Origin: Pseudomonadota bacterium
GTDB taxonomy: Bacteria > Bdellovibrionota > Bdellovibrionia > Bdellovibrionales > Bdellovibrionaceae
DNA length: 64,000 nt
Direction of reading: 5' to 3'
Assembly (NCBI GenBank): GCA_041178425.1
Contig: JBEGVH010000031.1
Coordinates: 1-64,000, forward strand
Under the pieces are notes generated by a model. It did no database searches, had not been told where the DNA came from, and saw only the letters and a list, made by a program, of their open reading frames with translations. A program made the position numbers and the translations under genes. This document shows positions 9,800 through 18,894 of this stretch, in pieces (within the stretch, counting starts at the first letter, position 1; each line of letters opens with the position of its first letter).

Positions 9800-10941
9800 C
9801 TTTGATCAGGAAAAGACAACTTGAGCGGCTTACCCAAGTTTCCAGGAACACCTTTGTCTTTACCATTGTAAATGATATTGACCGATCCACCGTCACTAAA
9901 ACCAATCGTTAACTTTTTATCGCCACGGAAGGTATGAACCTTTTCCGGATTCAGTGTCATGGTGGCCACTGGCTTACCGTCGATACTATAATCAATCACA
10001 ACCTTATCAAGTGCCTCTACGATAACTTCATGTGAACGCTTTGAAGCACCAGGCGTTGCCGTGGGCGTGGGAGTGGGCGTAGGAGAAGGCGCTTGCGTTG
10101 GAATCAAAACGACTGCCGCTGGAGTTGCCGTGGGTTTAGGTGTTTGGGTCGGAGTTGCACTGACCACCGGTGTGGGAGTTGGAGTCGATGGCGCAATACT
10201 CATTACTGGAGTTGGCGACGGTGGAGGCACTATGGGCGGAGGAACTGTTCCGTCTGGGTTAGGAATGGGTTGATTGGCCTCGGTACCGTATGTGGTTGGT
10301 GTTTCCGAACGAGGAACGGCTTGAAGCTCCCCAGGAAGGGGCTGCACCAACTGAGCTTCTCGCTCATACTTCTCAATTGTTTTCAAAACTCCAAAAATAA
10401 TTGCGGCAATCACAAGAACGGCACCAACCGTCATAATTTTCAATGAGTGAGACCATGTTTTTTGGTCGACAGATAAGGTTGGAGGTATCGGAGCTGCGAG
10501 ATAGTCGTCGGTTTTGCTATTCGACTCTAATTTAGATGATATCTCGGGCACAGGTGTCGCGACGTAATTCGCTGGGCTAGGAGGAGAAAAACCACGCTTT
10601 TCTTCTTCAGGAACCACTGGGACATCTTCTTCATTGTTGACCACAAAAGTGGGTTTTGAGGGCTCGGCGGCCATTTCCACCTGTTTAGTGATCATCTTCG
10701 GATGAGTGGTTCCCATTTCTTGCTGAAAGACATCAAGAATATAGTTCTGATCGATTTTCAAAAACTGAGCGTAGCTTTTTACAAACCCTCGGAGAAAAGT
10801 TTTCGCTGGTAAATGAGCCTCGTCACCCTCTTCGAGGGCTTTTAGGATGCGAATACTAATTTTCAAATGAACAGAAACTTCCTGTAATGAAACTCCGGTA
10901 GCTTCTCTGGCTTCTCGTAATAACTGACCCGTTCTCTTCAT
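9796..10941 (-). CDS. rodZ: RodZ-like protein (HTH, TM, Pro/Thr linker, DUF4115)
   Basis: GQLLREARE..G.S..EVS..LKI...L.ALEEG...LP...F.RGFVKSYA.FL, one TM, C-terminal G..G.V.I..NG. Confidence 0.8.
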   Translation of the reverse strand: MKRTGQLLREAREATGVSLQEVSVHLKISIRILKALEEGDEAHLPAKTFLRGFVKSYAQFLKIDQNYILDVFQQEMGTTHPKMITKQVEMAAEPSKPTFVVNNEEDVPVVPEEEKRGFSPPSPANYVATPVPEISSKLESNSKTDDYLAAPIPPTLSVDQKTWSHSLKIMTVGAVLVIAAIIFGVLKTIEKYEREAQLVQPLPGELQAVPRSETPTTYGTEANQPIPNPDGTVPPPIVPPPSPTPVMSIAPSTPTPTPVVSATPTQTPKPTATPAAVVLIPTQAPSPTPTPTPTATPGASKRSHEVIVEALDKVVIDYSIDGKPVATMTLNPEKVHTFRGDKKLTIGFSDGGSVNIIYNGKDKGVPGNLGKPLKLSFPDQR

Positions 10942-10943
10942 CG

Positions 10944-11681
10944 TTACTTCCTCAAAAGTTCAAGCATTGCTTCAGCCTTATCCTTGTAGGGGCTGTTTTT
11001 TTGTACGAGCGTCTCTAATCGAGATTCTGCCTTTAGTTTATCGCCCATTCGGTAAAAAGCAATTGCACTAAAGTAAATTGGTTCATCAAAATTAACTTTT
11101 AAACAAACTCCAGCGGCCTTATCTAAGGCCTGCACGGCTTTAGCATTTTCTTTGAGCTCCAATAAGCTTCTACCATAGTAGTTTTGGGCGAGACAATTTT
11201 CTCGGTCAAATCCGAGTGCCTTTAAAAAAGACTCTCGTGCTTCGGGATATTTTTCTTCTCGAAAAAAAGCGAGACCGTGGTTAATGTGAGCCTTGCCTGG
11301 TTGAGGATAGGTCAAATCGCTCAACACCTCCTCGAGATATTGACGCGCCTCTTTATAATTACCTCGCTCGATTAATACCCGAGCCAGATTGTTCTTAGCA
11401 TCTGTAAACTGGTTATCTAAAGCGATCGCCTTACGAAGTTCCATTTCTGAAAGCTCGTAGCGCTCTCTTAAGAAATAGGCCAAGCCTAAGTTGTTATGAG
11501 TAAGCGGATCTTTAGGATTAAGTGACTCCGCCTGTAAGAGGTCCTTCAAGGCATCGGGTATCATGCCCTTTTCTAAGTGCGCCGTCCCGACCCGAAAATG
11601 CACTTTCGCCAAATCCTCTTTTGAGGGTCCTGAACTTGCACACCCCAGAGCAAAAACAAGGGCAAGAAAAAGTAATCTCAT
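10944..11681 (-). CDS. TPR lipoprotein, PilF/PilW/Tgl pilotin-like
   Basis: Lipobox LGC, repeated HNNLG/KNNLA TPR motifs, DLTYPQP; position just upstream of rodZ. Confidence 0.75.
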   Translation of the reverse strand: MRLLFLALVFALGCASSGPSKEDLAKVHFRVGTAHLEKGMIPDALKDLLQAESLNPKDPLTHNNLGLAYFLRERYELSEMELRKAIALDNQFTDAKNNLARVLIERGNYKEARQYLEEVLSDLTYPQPGKAHINHGLAFFREEKYPEARESFLKALGFDRENCLAQNYYGRSLLELKENAKAVQALDKAAGVCLKVNFDEPIYFSAIAFYRMGDKLKAESRLETLVQKNSPYKDKAEAMLELLRK

Positions 11682-11707
11682 TCAATTCCTCCCTGAAGTT
11701 TTTTGAA

Positions 11708-12853
11708 CTAATCCATTCGTTCAAAAACACTGAAGACTTCAATATGATCCGTCTGAGGAAACATGTCGAGCCCCTGAATAGTCGCTATGCGATAATTAAA
11801 ACCACTTTGCCGAGCCAACTTCAAGAAAAGTTGGGCATCACGCCCCCAAGTCATTGGATCACAACTCACATAAACCAAGGTATTTATTCCAACAGAAGCC
11901 AACTCACCAATAACTTTAGATTCGCAACCAATTCTTGGAGGGTCAAGGACGACTAGAGACTGTTTTGATAGCCTGACTCTCTGTAAATAATCAGCAACGT
12001 CACCCTGAATGAATTTGACCTCTCTGAGATTGTTTTTCTGGGCAATACGGTGACCTTCTTGAATGGCTACTTTATTCCACTCCACACATTCGATACGAAG
12101 AGCAGGGTTTTGAATAGCTACTGGGATAGATAGGTTTCCATAACCACCGTAGAGATCAACGAGGATTTCACCGCCATATTTTTTGTAAACGGATTTTATT
12201 TTTTCCTGTAATGCTATGTTTTGCTGGCCATTAACCTGCGCAAAACCCAAAGGCTCCTCGGCCTCTTCAAGAAAAGTCGTAGTAACCTCACCCGTCAGCC
12301 CAATTTGAAGGCGGTACTTGCCCTCTTCCTGAGGTTTTTGATTAAGCTTTGCAAGGACCTCATTTAATGGAGCCTCGGCAATGGGGCAGGCCTCAATCGG
12401 AACCAATTCATGCGAACCCATCGCGTAGTAGCCAATTTTAGCTCCCTGACTCCTCACTTGAATGCGATTTCGATATTCAAAGAGCTGGGGACTCTCTAAA
12501 AAACCAAGAAGTTCGACGTCTTCTTTGGGTAAAAAGCGCGTTACTACCTCTTGTAGTACATTTTGTTTAGCCTGAATTTGAGCAGGATAGCCAACATGCT
12601 GCCACTGACAGCCACCACAGCGACCAAAAACTTTACATCGCGGCTCTACCCTATGAGGAGAGGCTTGCAAAATTTGAACAATTCGACCACGGGCAAAGTT
12701 CTTTTTTACCTCGACAAGCTCAACTTCTAAAAAATCACCCGGTGCGGAGTAATCAACAAAAATGACTCGGCCATCGAGTCGGGCCAGCCCTGCTCCACCG
12801 TAAATTAGCTTCTCAATCTCTACTTTGACCAAATCACCTTTTTTTAAATCCAT
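11708..12853 (-). CDS. rlmD: RNA m5U methyltransferase, RlmD/TrmA family with TRAM domain
   Basis: TRAM N-terminus, C..FGRCGGCQWQH, YRNR, LDPPR.G, YVSCDP, DMFPQT.H.E. Confidence 0.85.
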   Translation of the reverse strand: MDLKKGDLVKVEIEKLIYGGAGLARLDGRVIFVDYSAPGDFLEVELVEVKKNFARGRIVQILQASPHRVEPRCKVFGRCGGCQWQHVGYPAQIQAKQNVLQEVVTRFLPKEDVELLGFLESPQLFEYRNRIQVRSQGAKIGYYAMGSHELVPIEACPIAEAPLNEVLAKLNQKPQEEGKYRLQIGLTGEVTTTFLEEAEEPLGFAQVNGQQNIALQEKIKSVYKKYGGEILVDLYGGYGNLSIPVAIQNPALRIECVEWNKVAIQEGHRIAQKNNLREVKFIQGDVADYLQRVRLSKQSLVVLDPPRIGCESKVIGELASVGINTLVYVSCDPMTWGRDAQLFLKLARQSGFNYRIATIQGLDMFPQTDHIEVFSVFERMD

Positions 12854-12870
12854 AAACTTTTTTAAGCCCT

Positions 12871-12903
12871 AAAAAAGAAAAGGCCGGGGATCCCCAGCCT
12901 TTC
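12871..12903 (-). terminator. Intrinsic terminator downstream of ndk
   Basis: On the minus strand, AAAAGGCTGGGGATCCCCGGCCTTTTCTTTTTT: GC stem followed by a U tract. Confidence 0.8.
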
Positions 12904-12929
12904 CCTTGATTAAATTTTTGCACTTACAA

Positions 12930-13355
12930 CTAGGCGTTGCAGATTTCGTGCTTTTCAAAGAACAACGCGATTTCACGCTCCGCTGAAGCTGCGCTATCGC
13001 TTCCGTGAACAGCGTTTTCGCCAACGTTATCACCATAGATCGCGCGGATTGTTCCAGGAGCTGCTTTCTTAGGATCAGTAGCGCCCATAATTTCACGATT
13101 TTTAGCAACAGCGTTTTCACCGGCTAGAACCATCAACATTACAGGGCCAGAAGTCATAAAGCTAACAAGCTCACCAAAAAATGGACGCTCTTTGTGTTCA
13201 GCGTAAAACTCTTGGCATTTTTCTTTAGAAATAACCGACAATTTAGCCGCAGCAATTTTAAGTCCGTTTTTTTCGAAAGTTTCAATGACATCACCGATAA
13301 CGCCTTTTTTAATAGCGTTGGGCTTAATAATGCTGAAAGTAAGTTCTTTAGACAT
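12930..13355 (-). CDS. ndk: Nucleoside diphosphate kinase
   Basis: [32 protein letters not shown]. Confidence 0.99.
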   Translation of the reverse strand: MSKELTFSIIKPNAIKKGVIGDVIETFEKNGLKIAAAKLSVISKEKCQEFYAEHKERPFFGELVSFMTSGPVMLMVLAGENAVAKNREIMGATDPKKAAPGTIRAIYGDNVGENAVHGSDSAASAEREIALFFEKHEICNA

Positions 13356-13456
13356 AGGATCTCCTCTATTGTTTTCTCATTTTCCAATGGGCCAGTCGCA
13401 ATTAACTGATTTCTTATGCAAAGTCACCTTTAATATCGGCGACTGACCCCAGAGAT

Positions 13457-14326
13457 TTACTTCAATGAATTTTTTAGAGTGATGCCTAAGTCTGCAGGAC
13501 TACGAGCAATTTTACAACCGGCAGCCTCAAGAGCCTGAAACTTGGCTTCCGCCGTTCCTTTTCCGCCGCTGATAATCGCACCGGCGTGGCCCATGCGCTT
13601 GCCCTTTGGAGCTGTTGCCCCGGCGATAAAGCAGGTTACTGGCTTTTTGAATTCGCGCTTAATGTATTCAGCCGCTTCTTCTTCGGCCGTACCACCGATT
13701 TCACCAATCATGATCACAGCATCTGTATCGGCGTCCTTTTGAAACATCTCGAGCACGTCGATAAAGTTGGTCCCATTCACTGGATCTCCGCCGATTCCAA
13801 CACACGTTGATTGGCCCAAGCCAAGGCTTGTTAATTGATGAACAGCTTCATAAGTCAGTGTGCCTGATCGCGACAACACACCAATGCGACCGGGTTTGTG
13901 AATGTGGCCAGGCATGATTCCAATTTTACATTGACCCGGAGTAATGACGCCGGGGCAGTTTGGACCAACAAGGCGAGTTTTCTTTCCTTGCATGAAGCGC
14001 TTTACTTTTACCATATCAAGAACAGGAATGCCCTCGGTAATACAAATAACCAACTCAATACCAGCATCAACAGCTTCCATAATAGAATCGGCTGCAAATG
14101 GAGGTGGAACAAAGATCACTGAAGCATTAGCTCCAGATTTTGCCTTAGCCTCATAAACTGTATTGTATACTGGAAGGTTCAAATGAGAGGTTCCACCTTT
14201 ACCTGGAGTCACCCCACCAACCACCTTTGTACCATAAGCCAAACATTGCTCGGCGTGGAAAGTTCCTTGAGAACCAGTAAAACCTTGAACGATCAATTTT
14301 GTTTCTGAATTAATTAAAATAGACAC
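13457..14326 (-). CDS. sucD: Succinyl-CoA ligase alpha subunit
   Basis: [26 protein letters not shown]. Confidence 0.99.
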   Translation of the reverse strand: MSILINSETKLIVQGFTGSQGTFHAEQCLAYGTKVVGGVTPGKGGTSHLNLPVYNTVYEAKAKSGANASVIFVPPPFAADSIMEAVDAGIELVICITEGIPVLDMVKVKRFMQGKKTRLVGPNCPGVITPGQCKIGIMPGHIHKPGRIGVLSRSGTLTYEAVHQLTSLGLGQSTCVGIGGDPVNGTNFIDVLEMFQKDADTDAVIMIGEIGGTAEEEAAEYIKREFKKPVTCFIAGATAPKGKRMGHAGAIISGGKGTAEAKFQALEAAGCKIARSPADLGITLKNSLK

Positions 14327-14337
14327 GGTGTCTCCCC

Positions 14338-15504
14338 TTACATCTTTTTGATGGCGCCCACAATTTTTTGAGCCGCATCCGTCAGAGTGTCTGCTGGAAT
14401 AATGTTGAGGCCACTTTCAGCCAAAATCTTTTTACCAAGCTCTACGTTTGTTCCCTGAAGACGAACTACCAAAGGAACTTTCAAGCCCACTTCTTTGGAT
14501 GCCGCAATAACCCCTTCGGCAATAATATCGCACTTCATGATGCCACCAAAGATGTTTACAAGAATTCCTTTTACGTTCGGATCTTTAAGGATGATCTTAA
14601 AAGCCGCCGTCACTTTCTCTTTGTTTGCTCCACCGCCCACATCGAGAAAGTTCGCTGGCGAACCACCATGAATTTTAATAATATCCATCGTGCTCATCGC
14701 CAAGCCTGCGCCGTTCACAAGACAACCGATATTGCCATCGAGCTTGATGAAGGCGAGATCAAATTTGCTCGCTTCAATTTCTGTTGGATCTTCTTCCGTC
14801 AGGTCGCGCATTTCAACGATATCCGCATGACGATAAAGAGCATTAGAATCGAAGTTCATTTTAGCATCGAGCGCAAATACTTCACCCTCTTTGGTCAAAA
14901 CCAGGGGATTGATTTCGGCGATCGAACAATCCGTTTCAACAAAGGCCTTATATAGCGCCATAAGAAACTGAGCGGCTTTGTTAATATTTGCTGCTGGAAT
15001 TCCAATTTCGTAAGCCAACTGACGAGCCTGAAAGGAACCGAGCCCAATCACAGGATCAACATCGATTTTTTTAATGGCATCTGGGTTATGAGCGGCCACT
15101 TCTTCGATGTCCATTCCACCTTCGCTCGAGCCCATCATTGCAACATGACCAGTAGCTCGATCAACGAGCGCCGCCACATAATATTCTTTTTGAATATTAC
15201 ATCCTTGCTCGATGAAAACCTTATTAACTTTTTTCCCCTCAGGACCCGTTTGGTGAGTCACAAGGTTCATGCCGATAATTTGGCTAGCTAATGTTTTTAC
15301 TTCGTCCAAAGATTTTGCAAGCTTTACGCCGCCACCTTTTCCGCGTCCACCAGCATGAATTTGAGCTTTAACAACCCAAACCGAGCCACCAATTTCCTGA
15401 GCTGCTTTTACGGCTTCCTCAGGGGTATTGGCGACTTTACCCTTTAAAGTCGCCACTCCATATTTTCTTAAAACTTCTTTTGCCTGATACTCATGAATAT
15501 TCAT
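14338..15504 (-). CDS. sucC: Succinyl-CoA ligase beta subunit
   Basis: [40 protein letters not shown]. Confidence 0.99.
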   Translation of the reverse strand: MNIHEYQAKEVLRKYGVATLKGKVANTPEEAVKAAQEIGGSVWVVKAQIHAGGRGKGGGVKLAKSLDEVKTLASQIIGMNLVTHQTGPEGKKVNKVFIEQGCNIQKEYYVAALVDRATGHVAMMGSSEGGMDIEEVAAHNPDAIKKIDVDPVIGLGSFQARQLAYEIGIPAANINKAAQFLMALYKAFVETDCSIAEINPLVLTKEGEVFALDAKMNFDSNALYRHADIVEMRDLTEEDPTEIEASKFDLAFIKLDGNIGCLVNGAGLAMSTMDIIKIHGGSPANFLDVGGGANKEKVTAAFKIILKDPNVKGILVNIFGGIMKCDIIAEGVIAASKEVGLKVPLVVRLQGTNVELGKKILAESGLNIIPADTLTDAAQKIVGAIKKM

Positions 15505-15531
15505 GATTCTTCACCTTTTTATTAAATAAAA

Positions 15532-16476
15532 TTAGTACTGGAGGTTTTTAAGTGCGCTTACTAGACCTTCAACAGACTTAATTGAATTTTGTAGACCAGC
15601 CTTTTCAGTTTCGTTCAACTGAAGCTCGAATACCTGCTCCATTCCCTTGCCGGTCAACTTACAAAGAACACCAACAAAGAGGCCTTTTACGCCATATTCA
15701 CCATTGAGTTCAACGGCGCAAGGAAGGATTCTTCTTTGATCCTTAATAATCGCCTCGGCCATTTGAACGGCACTTGCTGATGGCGCATAAAACGCCGAAC
15801 CAGTTTGCAGAAGACCAACAATCTCAGCTCCACCCTTACGAGTACGCTCAACAATCGCATTGATTTTTTCTGCAGGAAGAATTTCAGTTAAAGGAACTCC
15901 ACCAACGGAACAATGGCGAGGCATTGGAACCATGTCGTCACCGTGTCCGCCAAGAACGATCGCGTGAATGTCTTTAACAGAAACTTGAAGTTCTTCAGAA
16001 ATAAACGTTTTCATACGAGCGGTATCAAGAACTCCCGCCATTCCAAGGACTCGCTCACGAGGGAACCCTGTCACCTGTTTTGCAACGTATGCCATAGCAT
16101 CGAGTGGGTTAGAAACGACGATCAATACACAATTCGGAGCGTATTCGCGAATGCCTTCACAGCAAGCCTTTACGATCTTTGCATTCGTTGCTAAAAGATC
16201 ATCTCGGCTCATGCCGGGCTTACGAGGAAGACCCGCCGTAAGAATAACAACATCGGCCCCGGCGATATCTTTATAGTCTTTAGTTCCTACGATACGAGAG
16301 TCGTAGAGCTCCACAGGAGCGGCTTCATAAAGGTCAAGGGCCTTTCCTTTTGCTGCGCCCTCGTTAATGTCGAGCAAAACGACATCGCCAAGTTCTTTTG
16401 CCGCTGCCCAGTGTGCGCAAGTAGAGCCAACAAAGCCCGCACCAATAACCGCGATCTTTTTTCTTGTATGAGCCAT
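15532..16476 (-). CDS. mdh: Malate dehydrogenase (LDH-like)
   Basis: [27 protein letters not shown]. Confidence 0.98.
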   Translation of the reverse strand: MAHTRKKIAVIGAGFVGSTCAHWAAAKELGDVVLLDINEGAAKGKALDLYEAAPVELYDSRIVGTKDYKDIAGADVVILTAGLPRKPGMSRDDLLATNAKIVKACCEGIREYAPNCVLIVVSNPLDAMAYVAKQVTGFPRERVLGMAGVLDTARMKTFISEELQVSVKDIHAIVLGGHGDDMVPMPRHCSVGGVPLTEILPAEKINAIVERTRKGGAEIVGLLQTGSAFYAPSASAVQMAEAIIKDQRRILPCAVELNGEYGVKGLFVGVLCKLTGKGMEQVFELQLNETEKAGLQNSIKSVEGLVSALKNLQY

Positions 16477-16581
16477 AAAATCTCCTCATCATAATTAGAG
16501 TAGTTTAGTGTTTAATACGTTGGTTCGAGTATTAACGAAACGATCATTCGGAGTCATGAACTTCACTCGCGGAGGGCTTTT

Positions 16582-17349
16582 TTGGACGCAGCGTCACCAG
16601 TCTTAGAGCTTGAAAATGTCGAGGTCAGCTTCGGAGCAGAGCTCGTTCTATCGAAGGTAAACTTAAAAATCTTCGCTGGTGAACGGGTGGCTGTCATCGG
16701 ACCCAGCGGACAGGGTAAATCGGTTTTGTTGAAAACTCTAGGTGGTCTCGTTCCTCCGACTCAAGGCAAAGTGTTCATTGAGGGATGCGACTGGCACCAG
16801 GCTAGCCGACGCCAGCAGGGCGAAATTCTCAAGGATCTTGGAATGCTGTTTCAAAAAAACGCCCTTTTCGATTCACTGACCTGCGGTGAAAACATCGCCT
16901 TTCCCCTAAGGGAGACTTCGAGCTACACGGAAGACGAAATTCAAAGCCGTGTAAAAGAATTTCTCGAGGCGGTCGCCATTCCTCACTCCTTTGCTCTCTA
17001 CCCTGACGAAATTAGTGGTGGAATGCAAAAACGCCTGGGAATCGCGCGCGCTTTATCCCTCGAGCCAAAAATCGTGTTTTATGACGATCCCACCGCGGGG
17101 CTAGATCCAATCACCAGCAGAAAAATTGTCGATCTCATCTGTTTCTTGCAGCAAAAGCACCAGTCAACGTTTGTCGCCATCACTAACGACATGAACCGAG
17201 CCTACCAAATGGCCGACCGAATCCTTATGGTGGTCGATCACGAAGTCCTCGATGCCGGAACTCCTAAATCAATAAAGCAAAACCCTGATCCCAGAATTCA
17301 TCAATTTATTCGCGGTGACCTCTCTGGCCCCCTGATGGTGATGGCATGA
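16582..17349 (+). CDS. MlaF/Mkl-like ABC ATPase, copy 1 (degenerate Walker B and H-loop)
   Basis: GPSGQGKS, FQKNALFDS, ISGGMQKR, YDDPTAGLDP, TNDM. Confidence 0.9.
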   Translation: MDAASPVLELENVEVSFGAELVLSKVNLKIFAGERVAVIGPSGQGKSVLLKTLGGLVPPTQGKVFIEGCDWHQASRRQQGEILKDLGMLFQKNALFDSLTCGENIAFPLRETSSYTEDEIQSRVKEFLEAVAIPHSFALYPDEISGGMQKRLGIARALSLEPKIVFYDDPTAGLDPITSRKIVDLICFLQQKHQSTFVAITNDMNRAYQMADRILMVVDHEVLDAGTPKSIKQNPDPRIHQFIRGDLSGPLMVMA

Positions 17350-18089
17350 TTGTTTTTAAGAATGTAGTTAAAAAGTTCGGTGATCGAACGATCCTAAAAG
17401 GCATTAGCTTTTCTCTTAATCCTGGGGAAATTCTTTTTATTCTTGGCACTTCAGGAACCGGAAAGTCCGTTCTATTAAAGAACATCGTGGGCTTGCTAAG
17501 TCCTGACGAGGGCGAAATCTTCGTCGACGACCAGGAGGTCTCGATGTTAAGTGAATCTGCCTTTTCAAGCGTAAGAAAAAAGTGTGGGATGGTCTTTCAA
17601 CATCCAGCACTCTTTGATTCTCTCACCATTTTTGAAAACGTAGCCTTTGGTCTTCGCAAACACTATCGGTTGCCAGAGGATGAAATTCGCGCGAAGGTCT
17701 TGCGGGCACTCTCAATGGTCAATTTGTCAGGAATCGAAGATAAACTTCCTGCGCAAATTTCCTATGGGATGCAAAAACGTGTGAGCCTTGCAAGAACCAT
17801 TGCTATCGAACCAAAAATACTTTTATTTGATGAACCAACAACAGGTCTCGATCCAGTCACCACCAATGCCGTAAATACACTAATTAAAGATCTCTCCCGT
17901 AAGCTCGGCGCCACCTCCATCGTCGTAAGTCACGATATGGCCTGCGCGCTGGCAATCGCTCATCGAATTATTGTTCTTGATAAGGGTCAAATCATCGCTC
18001 AGGGAACCCCAAGTGAAATGCTAAATTCTACGGTGCCTCTTGTTGAGGATTTTCTCACGGAGGTGAAAAATGCTAATCTCGTCGTTTAA
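17346..18089 (+). CDS. MlaF/Mkl-like ABC ATPase, copy 2 (degenerate signature)
   Basis: GTSGTGKS, FQHPALFDS, ISYGMQKR, FDEPTTGLDP, SHDM. Confidence 0.9.
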   Translation: MIVFKNVVKKFGDRTILKGISFSLNPGEILFILGTSGTGKSVLLKNIVGLLSPDEGEIFVDDQEVSMLSESAFSSVRKKCGMVFQHPALFDSLTIFENVAFGLRKHYRLPEDEIRAKVLRALSMVNLSGIEDKLPAQISYGMQKRVSLARTIAIEPKILLFDEPTTGLDPVTTNAVNTLIKDLSRKLGATSIVVSHDMACALAIAHRIIVLDKGQIIAQGTPSEMLNSTVPLVEDFLTEVKNANLVV

Positions 18090-18876
18090 TCGAATTCTGG
18101 TGGAAATACTAACAGAGATTGGGTCGATGATTTTATTTGTGAAGGAGGTCGGCCTTACTGCCCTACGATTTCCCTCCTCGCGCAGGCTTATTCTCGAACA
18201 AATCTGGAAAGTAACAACCCAGAGTGTTTCTACCACAGCCCTTGCTGGCTTTTTCGTTGGTGCTATCATGAGTGTTCAATTCGCCATGCAAATGAATGAG
18301 TTTGGGGCCATTGGATTTCTCGGAGGACTCGCTACCAGCGGCACCGTCAGAGAGATTGGACCACTCCTCATTGCCTTTCTCCTCAGCGGTAAAATTGGTG
18401 CATTCACATCGGCAGAATTGGGAACCATGAGAGTTACCGAACAGATTGATGCCATCCGATGCCTTGGCGCCAATCCAATCCAAGAAATCATTGTTCCACG
18501 TTTTATCGCGATCGTTGTGGCAAGCTTTTTTCTCCTTGGAGCAGGCCTCATCATGTCAATTTTTGGTGGAGCGCTGTTGGGGTATTTATTTGCTGGCGTG
18601 AATTACGAACAATATACTCGCCATATACCTACGATTGTTACACTTCCTTCAATCTTGAGTGGTACCTTTAAGAGTTTTATCTTTGCACTTCTTCTTGGAA
18701 CAATATGCACCTACAAAGGCTATACCGCCACGGGAGGAGCCAAAGGGGTGGGCCGCGCTGTCGTCAGCACGGCTGTAATGACGATGATCGGTATTGTCAT
18801 CGCCGACTGGCTGACTTCAACTCTGAGCGATTTAGTCCTCAAGTTCTTTGTTGAAGCTTATGGACACGGCCTCTAA
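18070..18876 (+). CDS. mlaE: MlaE-family ABC permease
   Basis: REIGPLL, AELGTMRVTEQIDA, VPRF, GGAKGVGRA. Confidence 0.92.
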   Translation: MLISSFNRILVEILTEIGSMILFVKEVGLTALRFPSSRRLILEQIWKVTTQSVSTTALAGFFVGAIMSVQFAMQMNEFGAIGFLGGLATSGTVREIGPLLIAFLLSGKIGAFTSAELGTMRVTEQIDAIRCLGANPIQEIIVPRFIAIVVASFFLLGAGLIMSIFGGALLGYLFAGVNYEQYTRHIPTIVTLPSILSGTFKSFIFALLLGTICTYKGYTATGGAKGVGRAVVSTAVMTMIGIVIADWLTSTLSDLVLKFFVEAYGHGL

Positions 18877-18894
18877 TAATACCACAATCCAGCT

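Noticed and set aside
10061..10446. Plus-strand GV-repeat ORFs
   Set aside because: Antisense of the RodZ Pro/Thr linker
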